Shown in pieces: positions 15,992 through 24,707 of a stretch of 27,584 nt of DNA (within the stretch, counting starts at the first letter, position 1; each line of letters opens with the position of its first letter). The DNA comes from Candidatus Heimdallarchaeota archaeon (GTDB lineage Archaea; Asgardarchaeota; Heimdallarchaeia; Heimdallarchaeales; Kariarchaeaceae), in the NCBI GenBank assembly GCA_015523565.1, contig WAKA01000048.1, positions 1-27,584 of the forward strand, given 5' to 3'. The translations under genes and the position numbers were made by a program. Below the pieces are notes generated by a model, which was given only the letters and a program-made list of their open reading frames with translations, was not told where the DNA came from and did not search any database.

Positions 15992-16786
15992 TTAAGCGGC
16001 AAATTTGGAGGGCATAGTATCTGATGAGATGAGTTTTCGACGGTTTTCGTATACATCCCTGCTTTCAAGCAAAATCCAAAGGTCGAATTTCTTTTCAAGG
16101 GTTGTGATAATCCGGTCAGCAAGAATTTGTAGTTCCATTTCAGATTCAGAGTACCGCGCAGAGGAAGTACTGATTTTGATGTTGTTTTCGGGTCCGAAGA
16201 TAAGCTTGGCAGTAATGCCTCCATTAATGGAGAGCCATTCCAATTCAATCATGTCCCCATAATCAGTTTTTGCAATAAATCGGAAATCACCAAACCATTT
16301 TCCAACAAATTCCTGACTTATTTGCCGGAGCTTTTCTTGGGTAAGGGATGCCATTTGGATTTTTCCAGAGAGGGTATGTGTATGAATTGAGGGAAGGAAT
16401 TTTTGGGTTCGTCCAAATCTGTCAACAAGTTTGTTTGAGAGGAGATATCCTTTTTCAGTTAACATATATCCCTCAGGAGTTTTTTTGAGTAGTTCTTTTT
16501 CAACAAGCCGGTTCAATGCCTTTGTCAATCTAGCTTGGTGTATGTCCACTTTTCTTTTGAGACCTTGGAAGCTGATTGTCAGCGATATGTTTTTTGTTGC
16601 CTTTTTCATGGTAGTTACTGCTCCAAAATAATCAAGGATTACATACTCCTCACTTGTCAGTTGTTCATCATCATAAAGCGTTTTAATAAGGGAAGTGTCA
16701 AAATCACTGGAGTCCAATGGTTTTATGACAGTGACAGATGCAAGTGGGTCAAATTCTACATATCCGGCTTGCTGTTTTGTTTGCAT
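15992..16786 (-). CDS. Winged-helix (MarR-like) domain protein with unknown C-terminal alpha/beta domain
   Basis: ISFQGLKRKVDIHQARLTKALNRLVEKELLKKTPEGYMLTEKG is a wHTH ending in the LTxxG wing. Confidence 0.78.
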   Translation of the reverse strand: MQTKQQAGYVEFDPLASVTVIKPLDSSDFDTSLIKTLYDDEQLTSEEYVILDYFGAVTTMKKATKNISLTISFQGLKRKVDIHQARLTKALNRLVEKELLKKTPEGYMLTEKGYLLSNKLVDRFGRTQKFLPSIHTHTLSGKIQMASLTQEKLRQISQEFVGKWFGDFRFIAKTDYGDMIELEWLSINGGITAKLIFGPENNIKISTSSARYSESEMELQILADRIITTLEKKFDLWILLESRDVYENRRKLISSDTMPSKFAA

Positions 16787-16995
16787 TTTGCATGACCTCT
16801 CTTACAAATCAAATTTGCCTTCGGAAATATTTAAAGATAGGGATTTAACTATCTTTTTTTAAAATAAAAGGAACAAAAGATGTCTTGATTTATGGACGGT
16901 TCCCTTTTCTGATTTATTGCAAGAAAAGGCTTATTTTTGGTGAAATAAGGACATGAGTTAAGGAAACGGTGTTTTCGTTGGAATTTGACATCGAA

Positions 16996-17871
16996 ATGAT
17001 TGGAAATACCATTGATGAGATAAACAAATTCATCAGATTGACAGCAAAGTGGGTTCAAGAATCGGAAAAAAGAAGGTTAAATGATGCAATCAACCGAATT
17101 CAAAAAAATTCATATTTTATTGACCATTGCTGGATTAAAAGGGGTGAAGAAATAGTTGGAGTCGTTAAAATAAAAGAGAATACATTTTATGGTCTAGGAC
17201 TGTCACCAAAATTAAGTGAAGACGAAATTATTCAAATTTTGGAAACAATAATCGATGATGTAGCGCTTTGGCGTCCTAAACAGATCAACGCAAGTGTCAA
17301 TGAAAAATATTACAAGTACTTGAAAGCAATGGGCTTTGTAAAGGAATTTTCAAGGGAACAGATGGAGACAAAAATAAGGGATGTAGTAGGAAAGAGGAAA
17401 ATTGAGGATTATGAACTGATAGATTTGGATTGGAGGTACAAAAAAAAATTTGTGGAAATGTTTTTGGATGCATATAAGGGCTCTATAGATGAAAAAATAG
17501 AAATGTTCACATCCAGTAATGCCAATTACATTATGCGAGTGATAAAGTCAGGGGAGTTTGGCAAGGTAATTGAACATCTGTCACCATTTGTGGTTCACAA
17601 AAATAATTTCATTGGAGGAGCCATTTGCACGTATTTTGAAGAAAGCTTGTTTGTTGCAATCATCGGAGTTAGGAGGGATTTTCAAGGGATGGGGATTGGA
17701 AGGGGATTGTTAACTGAAATAACAGACAGGGCAATAGACTACAAAGAGTTCGAGAAAATTTCCTTGTGGGTTACCACAGAAAACACGATGGCAAGAAAGT
17801 TGTATGTATCTATGGGATTTAAACCGCGGGTAAAAGTCATTTCAATGAAAAAGGAAATTTTCATGAGTTGA
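16996..17871 (+). CDS. GNAT-family N-acetyltransferase (tandem GNAT; C-terminal domain intact)
   Basis: IGVRRDFQGMGIGRGLL (motif A) and N..ARKLYVSMGF. The N-terminal half ends in YLKAMGF. The start may instead be the GTG at 16969. Confidence 0.88.
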   Translation: MIGNTIDEINKFIRLTAKWVQESEKRRLNDAINRIQKNSYFIDHCWIKRGEEIVGVVKIKENTFYGLGLSPKLSEDEIIQILETIIDDVALWRPKQINASVNEKYYKYLKAMGFVKEFSREQMETKIRDVVGKRKIEDYELIDLDWRYKKKFVEMFLDAYKGSIDEKIEMFTSSNANYIMRVIKSGEFGKVIEHLSPFVVHKNNFIGGAICTYFEESLFVAIIGVRRDFQGMGIGRGLLTEITDRAIDYKEFEKISLWVTTENTMARKLYVSMGFKPRVKVISMKKEIFMS

Positions 17872-19438
17872 GACGATATTTTTCTTTTCCTGCGATAAAA
17901 GTGGAAATGACATTTGCATTAAGTAACTTGTCGGGATTTGAGATGATGTCTGTATCAAGAACCGTTAAATCGGCATAATATCCAGGTTCAAGTAACCCAA
18001 GTTTATTTTCCTCTCCAACGGCAAATGCTCCCCCAAATGTATAGATACTTATGGCTTCCAAAATAGACAGTCTTTCATCATTGTTCCACCCATTTGGGAA
18101 CGCGTTAGTTTTTCGGAAGACGGCACAATGAATACCAACAAGTGGATTGGCTGTCTCAATTGGAGAGTCAGAGCCACCCGCACATACAATTTCTTGATCC
18201 AATAAGGTTTTCCAAGCATAAGACCAACGGATTCTGTCACCGACACGTGCATTTGCCCAATAGGAATCAGTCAAAATGAAGGCAGGCTGAATATTCGCAA
18301 TTGTTTTTGACTTTTTCATTAATTCAATTGCTTTAGGGGAAAGAACTTGACAATGAGTCAGCACCTGCCTTTCAAGACCAAGCTTATTGTATGCAGAGAG
18401 AACCTGTTCCGCGGCCCGATCACCAATGGCATGTGTTTCGACTATAAATCCACTCATATGTATTTTTTTCACCATTTCAATAAGTTCTTCGGATGAATGG
18501 ATGAGGATACCTTTTCCTTCAGCATCTTTTGCAGACCTGTCGGAATAGGGATCATTTAAAGCGGCTGTTGATGCACCAAGAGATCCGTCTGCGAATAATT
18601 TGACTCTTTTTGCCTTTAACAAGCCAATTTCCTCATTGGCATTTGGACTGTCTTCCTGATCCAGTTCTCTAAAAGGGATTGTTAGAAACACACGTATTGG
18701 AAGATCATTATTTTCAGCGATTTTTTTGTAGATTTTCCATGCTTTGGGGTCATTTGTATGAACAGAAGTCAAACCAAAAGCAGAGCAGATTTCCAACCCT
18801 TTTTTGAAAATCAATTCACGAATATCATCAGGCATTTTTTCAATATATGGGGTAATTATTCTTAATGCATCCTCCCTCAATATCCCTGTCGGCACACCAT
18901 CTTGACGGTCAATCAGACCGCCAGGAGGATTCGGGGTATCCAGATCAATGCCAATAGTTGAAAGAGCCAGAGAATTAAGAACAGCGATGTGGTGACAAGC
19001 ACGAAAGAGTACAACTGGCCTATCAGGGACAACAGAATCCAAATCGTGTTTTGATGGATAAATAGGGTCATCGAATTGATCTTGATCCCAACCAAATCCA
19101 ACAATCCATTGATGTTCTGGATGAGCATCTGCATATTGCTTCAATTTGACCTTAAGTTCATCGAGAGATTTGATTCCTTGAAGATTCAGTCTAAATGCAG
19201 TTCTACCAAGGGAATATACATGAATATGGGAATCATGCAATCCAGGGATTACAAAGGCTCCCTTAAGGTCAACTTTTTGTTTGTTTTCTGGTGGTGCACC
19301 ATTCCCCGCATTTACAATTATCCCATTTTCATTTGTCTCCAACCAATCATAAAATGTTTTTCCAGACCAGATTCTTGCGTTGTGGAATACAGTCACAGTT
19401 TCTAGAGTAAAAGGGGGTACAAATGTATTATTGTTCAA
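17861..19438 (-). CDS. Metal-dependent amidohydrolase (Amidohydro_3, YtcJ-like)
   Basis: PGLHDSHIH, GFGWD, KLFADGSLG, HAIGDRA, HCQ, GSDSP, ADLTVLD. Confidence 0.93.
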   Translation of the reverse strand: MNNNTFVPPFTLETVTVFHNARIWSGKTFYDWLETNENGIIVNAGNGAPPENKQKVDLKGAFVIPGLHDSHIHVYSLGRTAFRLNLQGIKSLDELKVKLKQYADAHPEHQWIVGFGWDQDQFDDPIYPSKHDLDSVVPDRPVVLFRACHHIAVLNSLALSTIGIDLDTPNPPGGLIDRQDGVPTGILREDALRIITPYIEKMPDDIRELIFKKGLEICSAFGLTSVHTNDPKAWKIYKKIAENNDLPIRVFLTIPFRELDQEDSPNANEEIGLLKAKRVKLFADGSLGASTAALNDPYSDRSAKDAEGKGILIHSSEELIEMVKKIHMSGFIVETHAIGDRAAEQVLSAYNKLGLERQVLTHCQVLSPKAIELMKKSKTIANIQPAFILTDSYWANARVGDRIRWSYAWKTLLDQEIVCAGGSDSPIETANPLVGIHCAVFRKTNAFPNGWNNDERLSILEAISIYTFGGAFAVGEENKLGLLEPGYYADLTVLDTDIISNPDKLLNANVISTFIAGKEKYRLNS

Positions 19439-19496
19439 GAAATAGAAAATTACACTTCACGTATCTTTTTATTTAGGACAATTGTAGCATGAATAA

Positions 19497-20831
19497 ATGT
19501 TTATAGCATCAAATGTGGACGATGCCTGTTTGGTTTTTCTTTTTTCAAAAGTCAATGCAAATGCCATTTCTGCACTTCTGGCAAGTCTAGATATCCATCC
19601 GATATTAAACAGGCTAACTGTTTTTCTTCCACCATATAAATCCGATCCAAAGGAAATACGCGATGAAGTCAAAAATTACAAGAAAATTATTTTTGCGGCA
19701 AGTGTATTCTCCTCACAGCTGGATGCCTATATTGATGCCATTAAGAAATTCAAGGATGAATTCAAGGACAGGGAAACAATAGCAATTGCAGGTGGTCCAC
19801 ATCCAATGGGAGACCCCTTATCCCTATTGATCAATGGTTTTGATGCAGTTTGTTTGGGAGAAGGGGAAATAACATTTCCTGAATTCATATTATGGTTCTT
19901 GCAAGATAATGAAAACCTTGACCAAGTACCAGGAATTGCATATTTAGATACAAATATGAATCTTGTCAAGACAAAAAAACCGCCGAGAATTGATTTGGAT
20001 CGATACCCTCCTTTTTCGGTTCGGCATGGTCTTTACCGACCAATTGAAATAACAAGGGGCTGTGCGTGGAAATGTAGATTTTGCCAGATTCGATCGAAGG
20101 GGAATAACCCTGTAAGGCATAGATCACCAGACATAGTCAGGAAATATGCAAAGATTATAGACGAGAGATTTCGACAAAAAGGAACAGATATCAGGTTTAT
20201 TTCACCAAATGCGCTTTCATATGGCTCTCCTGATGGGAAAACCTTGAGGCTAGATAAAGTGAAAGAAATGCTTGTCAAAGTCAGGGAAGTGATTGGAGAG
20301 AGTGGAAAAATCTTTTTTGGATCATTCCCATCAGAGGTTAGACCAGAAACCATCACAGGGGAAAGTGTTAAACTGCTGAAAGAATATTCAAACAGTAGAA
20401 GGATAATTGTTGGAGGACAATCAGGGTCAAAAAAAGTTTTGGAGATGGCGGCAAGAGGACATACACCAGAAGATACAATCAGAGCAGTCAAGCTCTTGAT
20501 ACAGAATGGCTTTGATGTTGATGTAGACATTATCTTTGGTCTTCCTGGAGAAGAGGAAGAGGATATTGAACAGACAATTGATCACATGAAAGAATTGATT
20601 GGATTAGGGGCAACAATCCATTCACATACATTCATGCCGTTGGTTGGAACCCCCTTTGCATCCGCTCCAGCAGGAAAAGTTGACAGGAAATATCAAGACA
20701 TCATAGCAAAGCTACAAGGTAAGAAACTGTTGAAAGGGCAACATGCAAGGCAGGAAATGCTTGCAGAAAGAATGGCAGAAACAAGGAAAATGATAAAAGA
20801 GTTCAGGAAGAAGCTTGCCAACCGTAACTGA
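19497..20831 (+). CDS. B12-binding domain / radical SAM protein (archaeal TIGR04013-like)
   Basis: AGGPHP...GEGE cobalamin-binding-type domain, IEITRGCAWKCRFC (CX3CX2C), FGSFPSEVRPE, HTFMPL.GTP. Confidence 0.9.
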   Translation: MFIASNVDDACLVFLFSKVNANAISALLASLDIHPILNRLTVFLPPYKSDPKEIRDEVKNYKKIIFAASVFSSQLDAYIDAIKKFKDEFKDRETIAIAGGPHPMGDPLSLLINGFDAVCLGEGEITFPEFILWFLQDNENLDQVPGIAYLDTNMNLVKTKKPPRIDLDRYPPFSVRHGLYRPIEITRGCAWKCRFCQIRSKGNNPVRHRSPDIVRKYAKIIDERFRQKGTDIRFISPNALSYGSPDGKTLRLDKVKEMLVKVREVIGESGKIFFGSFPSEVRPETITGESVKLLKEYSNSRRIIVGGQSGSKKVLEMAARGHTPEDTIRAVKLLIQNGFDVDVDIIFGLPGEEEEDIEQTIDHMKELIGLGATIHSHTFMPLVGTPFASAPAGKVDRKYQDIIAKLQGKKLLKGQHARQEMLAERMAETRKMIKEFRKKLANRN

Positions 20832-21204
20832 CGTTTTTCACTGTTGAAATTTGTGTCTGATCTGCATATTTCTTGATTTTAGATTCTACCTTATCAATTG
20901 CTTCCACAATCTTTTGGCGGATCAACATATCCTCTTCATCTTCCAAGGCCCTGAAAAGGTAATCAATTGATCGTTCATCAACAAAGGTTGTTATGAGATC
21001 AAGCGCGGCGAGTTTTACATATTTATTTTGGTCTTGTAACGCCTTAAAAGCCGTTGTGGTTAACCTATTGTTTGCCCTGCATCTTGTATATAAGTCAACT
21101 ATTTTCATTTTTGGCAACCTATCTGTCTTTTGGTACGATCCAATTATATCTTCAGCGGGTTTGAATAGATTTTCTTGGAATTTTGCTAGATCAAACACAA
21201 ACAT
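20803..21204 (-). CDS. Small HEAT-repeat protein
   Basis: ALQDQNKYVKLAALDLI and RALEDEEDMLIRQKIVEAI are PBS-lyase HEAT-like repeats. Confidence 0.75.
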   Translation of the reverse strand: MFVFDLAKFQENLFKPAEDIIGSYQKTDRLPKMKIVDLYTRCRANNRLTTTAFKALQDQNKYVKLAALDLITTFVDERSIDYLFRALEDEEDMLIRQKIVEAIDKVESKIKKYADQTQISTVKNVSYGWQASS

Positions 21205-21251
21205 ACCGTTTAACTTGATGAATAAATAATGGAAGAATACTAGGATAATAT

Positions 21252-22886
21252 TTATTGTGTGGCATTTGTTGGGTGTGGTAGTGGAATTGAAACAGACAGC
21301 TTTTGGAGTGAAGGCGGGGTTTTATCAAGATTTAACAGATAACTTGATTTCAATTGCACGTCATGAGAATTGCTTGTAAGGATGATCTGTAGTTTCGAAA
21401 CTGTAGAAAGTACTGAAAGGTTTGTCAATATCTTCCTTTGGGTTTTTTTGTCTAGTTGGCTTAATCCTCCATCGATAATGAGTATATCTGGGTCTGTCAT
21501 TAATGCTCGAGCTAAAGCCAAACGCTGCCTTTGGCCACCCGATATTTTAGTCGCAGAGGACCCGACATCTGTAAACAGCCCTTTTTCAAATGACATAACC
21601 TCATCGAAGATACAGACCGATTTCAGGGTTTTGGTGATCTTTTCAGCCAAATGGGAAGGAACCATGTCAGTTGGATCCAAAAGCAAATTTTCCGCAATTG
21701 TTGCTTTTAGGAGAGATGGTTCCTGTGATACATATGCAATTTTTTTGGTGTATGAACGGAAAGTACCTTTTTGCGGGATAAGACCAATTATTCCTTTTAC
21801 AAATCTTGTTTTTCCAGTGCTGTTTGCCCCAGAAACAATCAAATTTTCATCAGGATTGAGGACTATCTCAGGAGTTAATTTTGAAGGGTTTATTTGGATA
21901 GGGGAAATATAAAGAGGAGCATTTGGGTCATACTTGAAGTCAACAAGTTCATCTATTGAATTGGAGAATGAATGGAGCCTATCTATGGAAACTTGTGCAC
22001 GAACTTTCCAAGCGAGATATTCATTCAATATGGAGGCAAACCTATTGAACCATTTCAACATATAAAGGAAATAAGACAAATCACCTATTGAAAAAGTTCC
22101 AGATTGGATGTCATTTGATGCAAGTAGAATAAGGATACCCAAACTTAACCCTAACAAAGAATTGGAAATGAGTTTGATTAGAGTGGTTACAGCGGCTTCT
22201 TTTACAGCGGAATGTTTACGAGCTCGGTTTAATGAAACAAATTTCGTCAAAGTGTTTGGAAGATAAGAGGCAGGAATTTTCTCATAATTCCTTCCAACAT
22301 CCCCTAAAAATTCAGTAACTTGTCCAGAGATTTGTCTTTGGGATACCCTGTATCGTATTAGTTTCCTTTGTATTTGCTTGACGGTAAATGAACCAAGGAC
22401 AAATGGGATTACGATAAAAAATGTCAGTTTTTGGCTAATGGAAACCATTACGGCAAAAGCCGCGATTGCAAAGATAGAAAAGGCCAGAAGTGTTGAATGA
22501 AGGTTCACAAACCAACTGATTTCATCCACGTCGCCCCTGAGACGGGAAACCAACTCCCCAGATGATTTTGTTAAAGAATATTTCTTGGAGAAAGACTCCT
22601 GCAACATATTAAGACGCAAATCCCTTTGCAGACGAAGTCCAAAATGAGACTGAAAAAATGCAGAAACGGTGTCCAAACCTGCTCGAAGCAGGAAAGTAGA
22701 AAGGATAAGTCCTACTTTGACGTAGGGATTAAGATCAAGACTGGATTTACCAACCAATGTATCATAAAGATCCTTGATTAGAAATGCAGTGATGAATGGG
22801 GTGCTATAATAGATCAATTGGACAACAGTTGCCAGGATAAAATAGAGTTTATGTGAAAGGATAAGTCTATAATAAGAGATTTTCAT
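21252..22886 (-). CDS. ABC exporter half-transporter (TMD+NBD), degenerate subunit
   Basis: Six-TM domain, GANSTGKT, YVSQEP, ISGGQRQR. Walker B is ILIIDG (no Glu) and the switch is LTSN (no His). Confidence 0.88.
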   Translation of the reverse strand: MKISYYRLILSHKLYFILATVVQLIYYSTPFITAFLIKDLYDTLVGKSSLDLNPYVKVGLILSTFLLRAGLDTVSAFFQSHFGLRLQRDLRLNMLQESFSKKYSLTKSSGELVSRLRGDVDEISWFVNLHSTLLAFSIFAIAAFAVMVSISQKLTFFIVIPFVLGSFTVKQIQRKLIRYRVSQRQISGQVTEFLGDVGRNYEKIPASYLPNTLTKFVSLNRARKHSAVKEAAVTTLIKLISNSLLGLSLGILILLASNDIQSGTFSIGDLSYFLYMLKWFNRFASILNEYLAWKVRAQVSIDRLHSFSNSIDELVDFKYDPNAPLYISPIQINPSKLTPEIVLNPDENLIVSGANSTGKTRFVKGIIGLIPQKGTFRSYTKKIAYVSQEPSLLKATIAENLLLDPTDMVPSHLAEKITKTLKSVCIFDEVMSFEKGLFTDVGSSATKISGGQRQRLALARALMTDPDILIIDGGLSQLDKKTQRKILTNLSVLSTVSKLQIILTSNSHDVQLKSSYLLNLDKTPPSLQKLSVSIPLPHPTNATQ

Positions 22887-24583
22887 GCTTCAACCTCCAT
22901 TTGAAAATTTGGAAGCCCATTGTTTCCGCCATTTATCTTATCGAGATCCAGCATATTGTCCAATTTTGCTATGACCTCAGGTTGATGTGTAACAACAATC
23001 ACTAGGCGTTTTTTCTTGATTTTGTCCAGAATTGAAACAACATTTTGTGTAAATGACATATCAACGGACGATGTTGCCTCATCGAATACCAAGATTTTTG
23101 CATTGGAATATAAAGCTCTAACAACTTCGATCATCTGCTTTTGACCACTAGATAGTTTTAGTGAAGAGATAGGAATATCCATATTAAAATTGATTTTTTC
23201 CAAAAAATCAACCATACCGATCATTTCCATGATTCCAATAAGTTTTGCAATATCCGGATTTTCCTCATAGAATGTGAGGTTTTCAAGAAGTGTTCCAGAA
23301 AAGAGAGACCCAGACTGGGAAATCATGAAAATGTTTTGATGGTATTCTTCATAATCAATTTCCTTGATATTGATGCCATTTATGAGGATTCCACCTTCAT
23401 ATTCGACATATTTTCTTTGCAACAATCTAAGAAGTGTTGTTTTTCCACTGCCAGTTGATCCAACCAAACCGTTGAGCTTTCCTTGGAAAAATGAACCAGA
23501 GATTGATTTCAACACAGGAATCTCAGTATTTGGATAAGTAAAAGAGAGGTTTTCAAATGTTATTTCAAGTGGGGGATTGGGAAAAGGAGCACCGCCAGAG
23601 ATTATTTTGTTAGAGTAGTCTAGAATTTCCCTCAACCTAGTTATTGATCCGTCTGCTTTTTGAAGTGAATCGAATTGTCTGATTATTTCAAATGTGGGGG
23701 GAAAAATCATTGTTGCATAATAGCTTATCACAAAGATGTCACCAATTGAAATGATTTTTGCTTCAAACAATGGGACACCCACAATGAAAGGAAGAACTGA
23801 ACCAAATCCGATGAATAGACTGATTAGGATATTGAAGATGCGAGAAGCCATGAGAGTTGACAATGCAGTCTTGTACTTTTTCTTTTCATAGGGTGCAATT
23901 TTTTTAAGGGGATAGGAAGTCGCATTAAGGCCAAGAATGTCTTCACGCGCATTAATCAAATCCTCATATGTTCCGAGCAATAGCCCCGTTGCCTGCCTTT
24001 CCTTAAGGAAATACCCCATTATTCGTTTCCTGCTGAAATTACTGATAACAAATGTTCCAAAAACAAGAAAGGCAAATGCAAATGAAACTATCCAATGAAT
24101 TGAAGAAACAATGATTACAATAAAAAGAATGATCAAAGAATTGGCGGCAACATATGAGACAAATTTTGCAAAGAATTGTGCAAGAACGGAGGCATCACCG
24201 TCAATACGTTCAATCAATTGACCTGGAGTCTCGTCTGCAAGCAACTCCATATTTGCAAGGAATACGGTTTTCAAGGCATCTTCACGAACCCTATTTGATG
24301 CATTCCATCCAATAACTTCAGCGATGATAGACATGAGCAAACCTGCAATTACATTCAGAAAGACGAATAATAGAAAGAAAAGAACGAGTTGATTTGTCGT
24401 CAATCCAAGAGGATTTTTGACTTGCTGCAAAACTGTATCGATATAAAGTCCCAATAATTGAGGGGAGACCACTTGAAATATGGAAGTGGTCAATACAAGA
24501 AATAACAACGCAACAAGTTTACCAAAGTTGTCGTGTAGGTAGGTTCTCATTAAGGACCAATATGGTATCAAGCCTAGCTTCAT
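22883..24583 (-). CDS. ABC exporter half-transporter (TMD+NBD), catalytic subunit
   Basis: Six-TM domain, GSTGSGKT, LSSGQ, ILVFDEATS, VTH. Overlaps its partner by 4 bp (ATGA). Confidence 0.9.
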   Translation of the reverse strand: MKLGLIPYWSLMRTYLHDNFGKLVALLFLVLTTSIFQVVSPQLLGLYIDTVLQQVKNPLGLTTNQLVLFFLLFVFLNVIAGLLMSIIAEVIGWNASNRVREDALKTVFLANMELLADETPGQLIERIDGDASVLAQFFAKFVSYVAANSLIILFIVIIVSSIHWIVSFAFAFLVFGTFVISNFSRKRIMGYFLKERQATGLLLGTYEDLINAREDILGLNATSYPLKKIAPYEKKKYKTALSTLMASRIFNILISLFIGFGSVLPFIVGVPLFEAKIISIGDIFVISYYATMIFPPTFEIIRQFDSLQKADGSITRLREILDYSNKIISGGAPFPNPPLEITFENLSFTYPNTEIPVLKSISGSFFQGKLNGLVGSTGSGKTTLLRLLQRKYVEYEGGILINGINIKEIDYEEYHQNIFMISQSGSLFSGTLLENLTFYEENPDIAKLIGIMEMIGMVDFLEKINFNMDIPISSLKLSSGQKQMIEVVRALYSNAKILVFDEATSSVDMSFTQNVVSILDKIKKKRLVIVVTHQPEVIAKLDNMLDLDKINGGNNGLPNFQMEVEA

Positions 24584-24707
24584 GAAAACATGTTTTGATT
24601 TTGTTAATAAAGCACCGATATTTTACCAAAATGCATTGCCCAATGAAGAAGATGTTTAAATTGTATGACCTAAAAAGCCTATGGAATCTAGTTTTAGTTA
24701 TTGCAAA

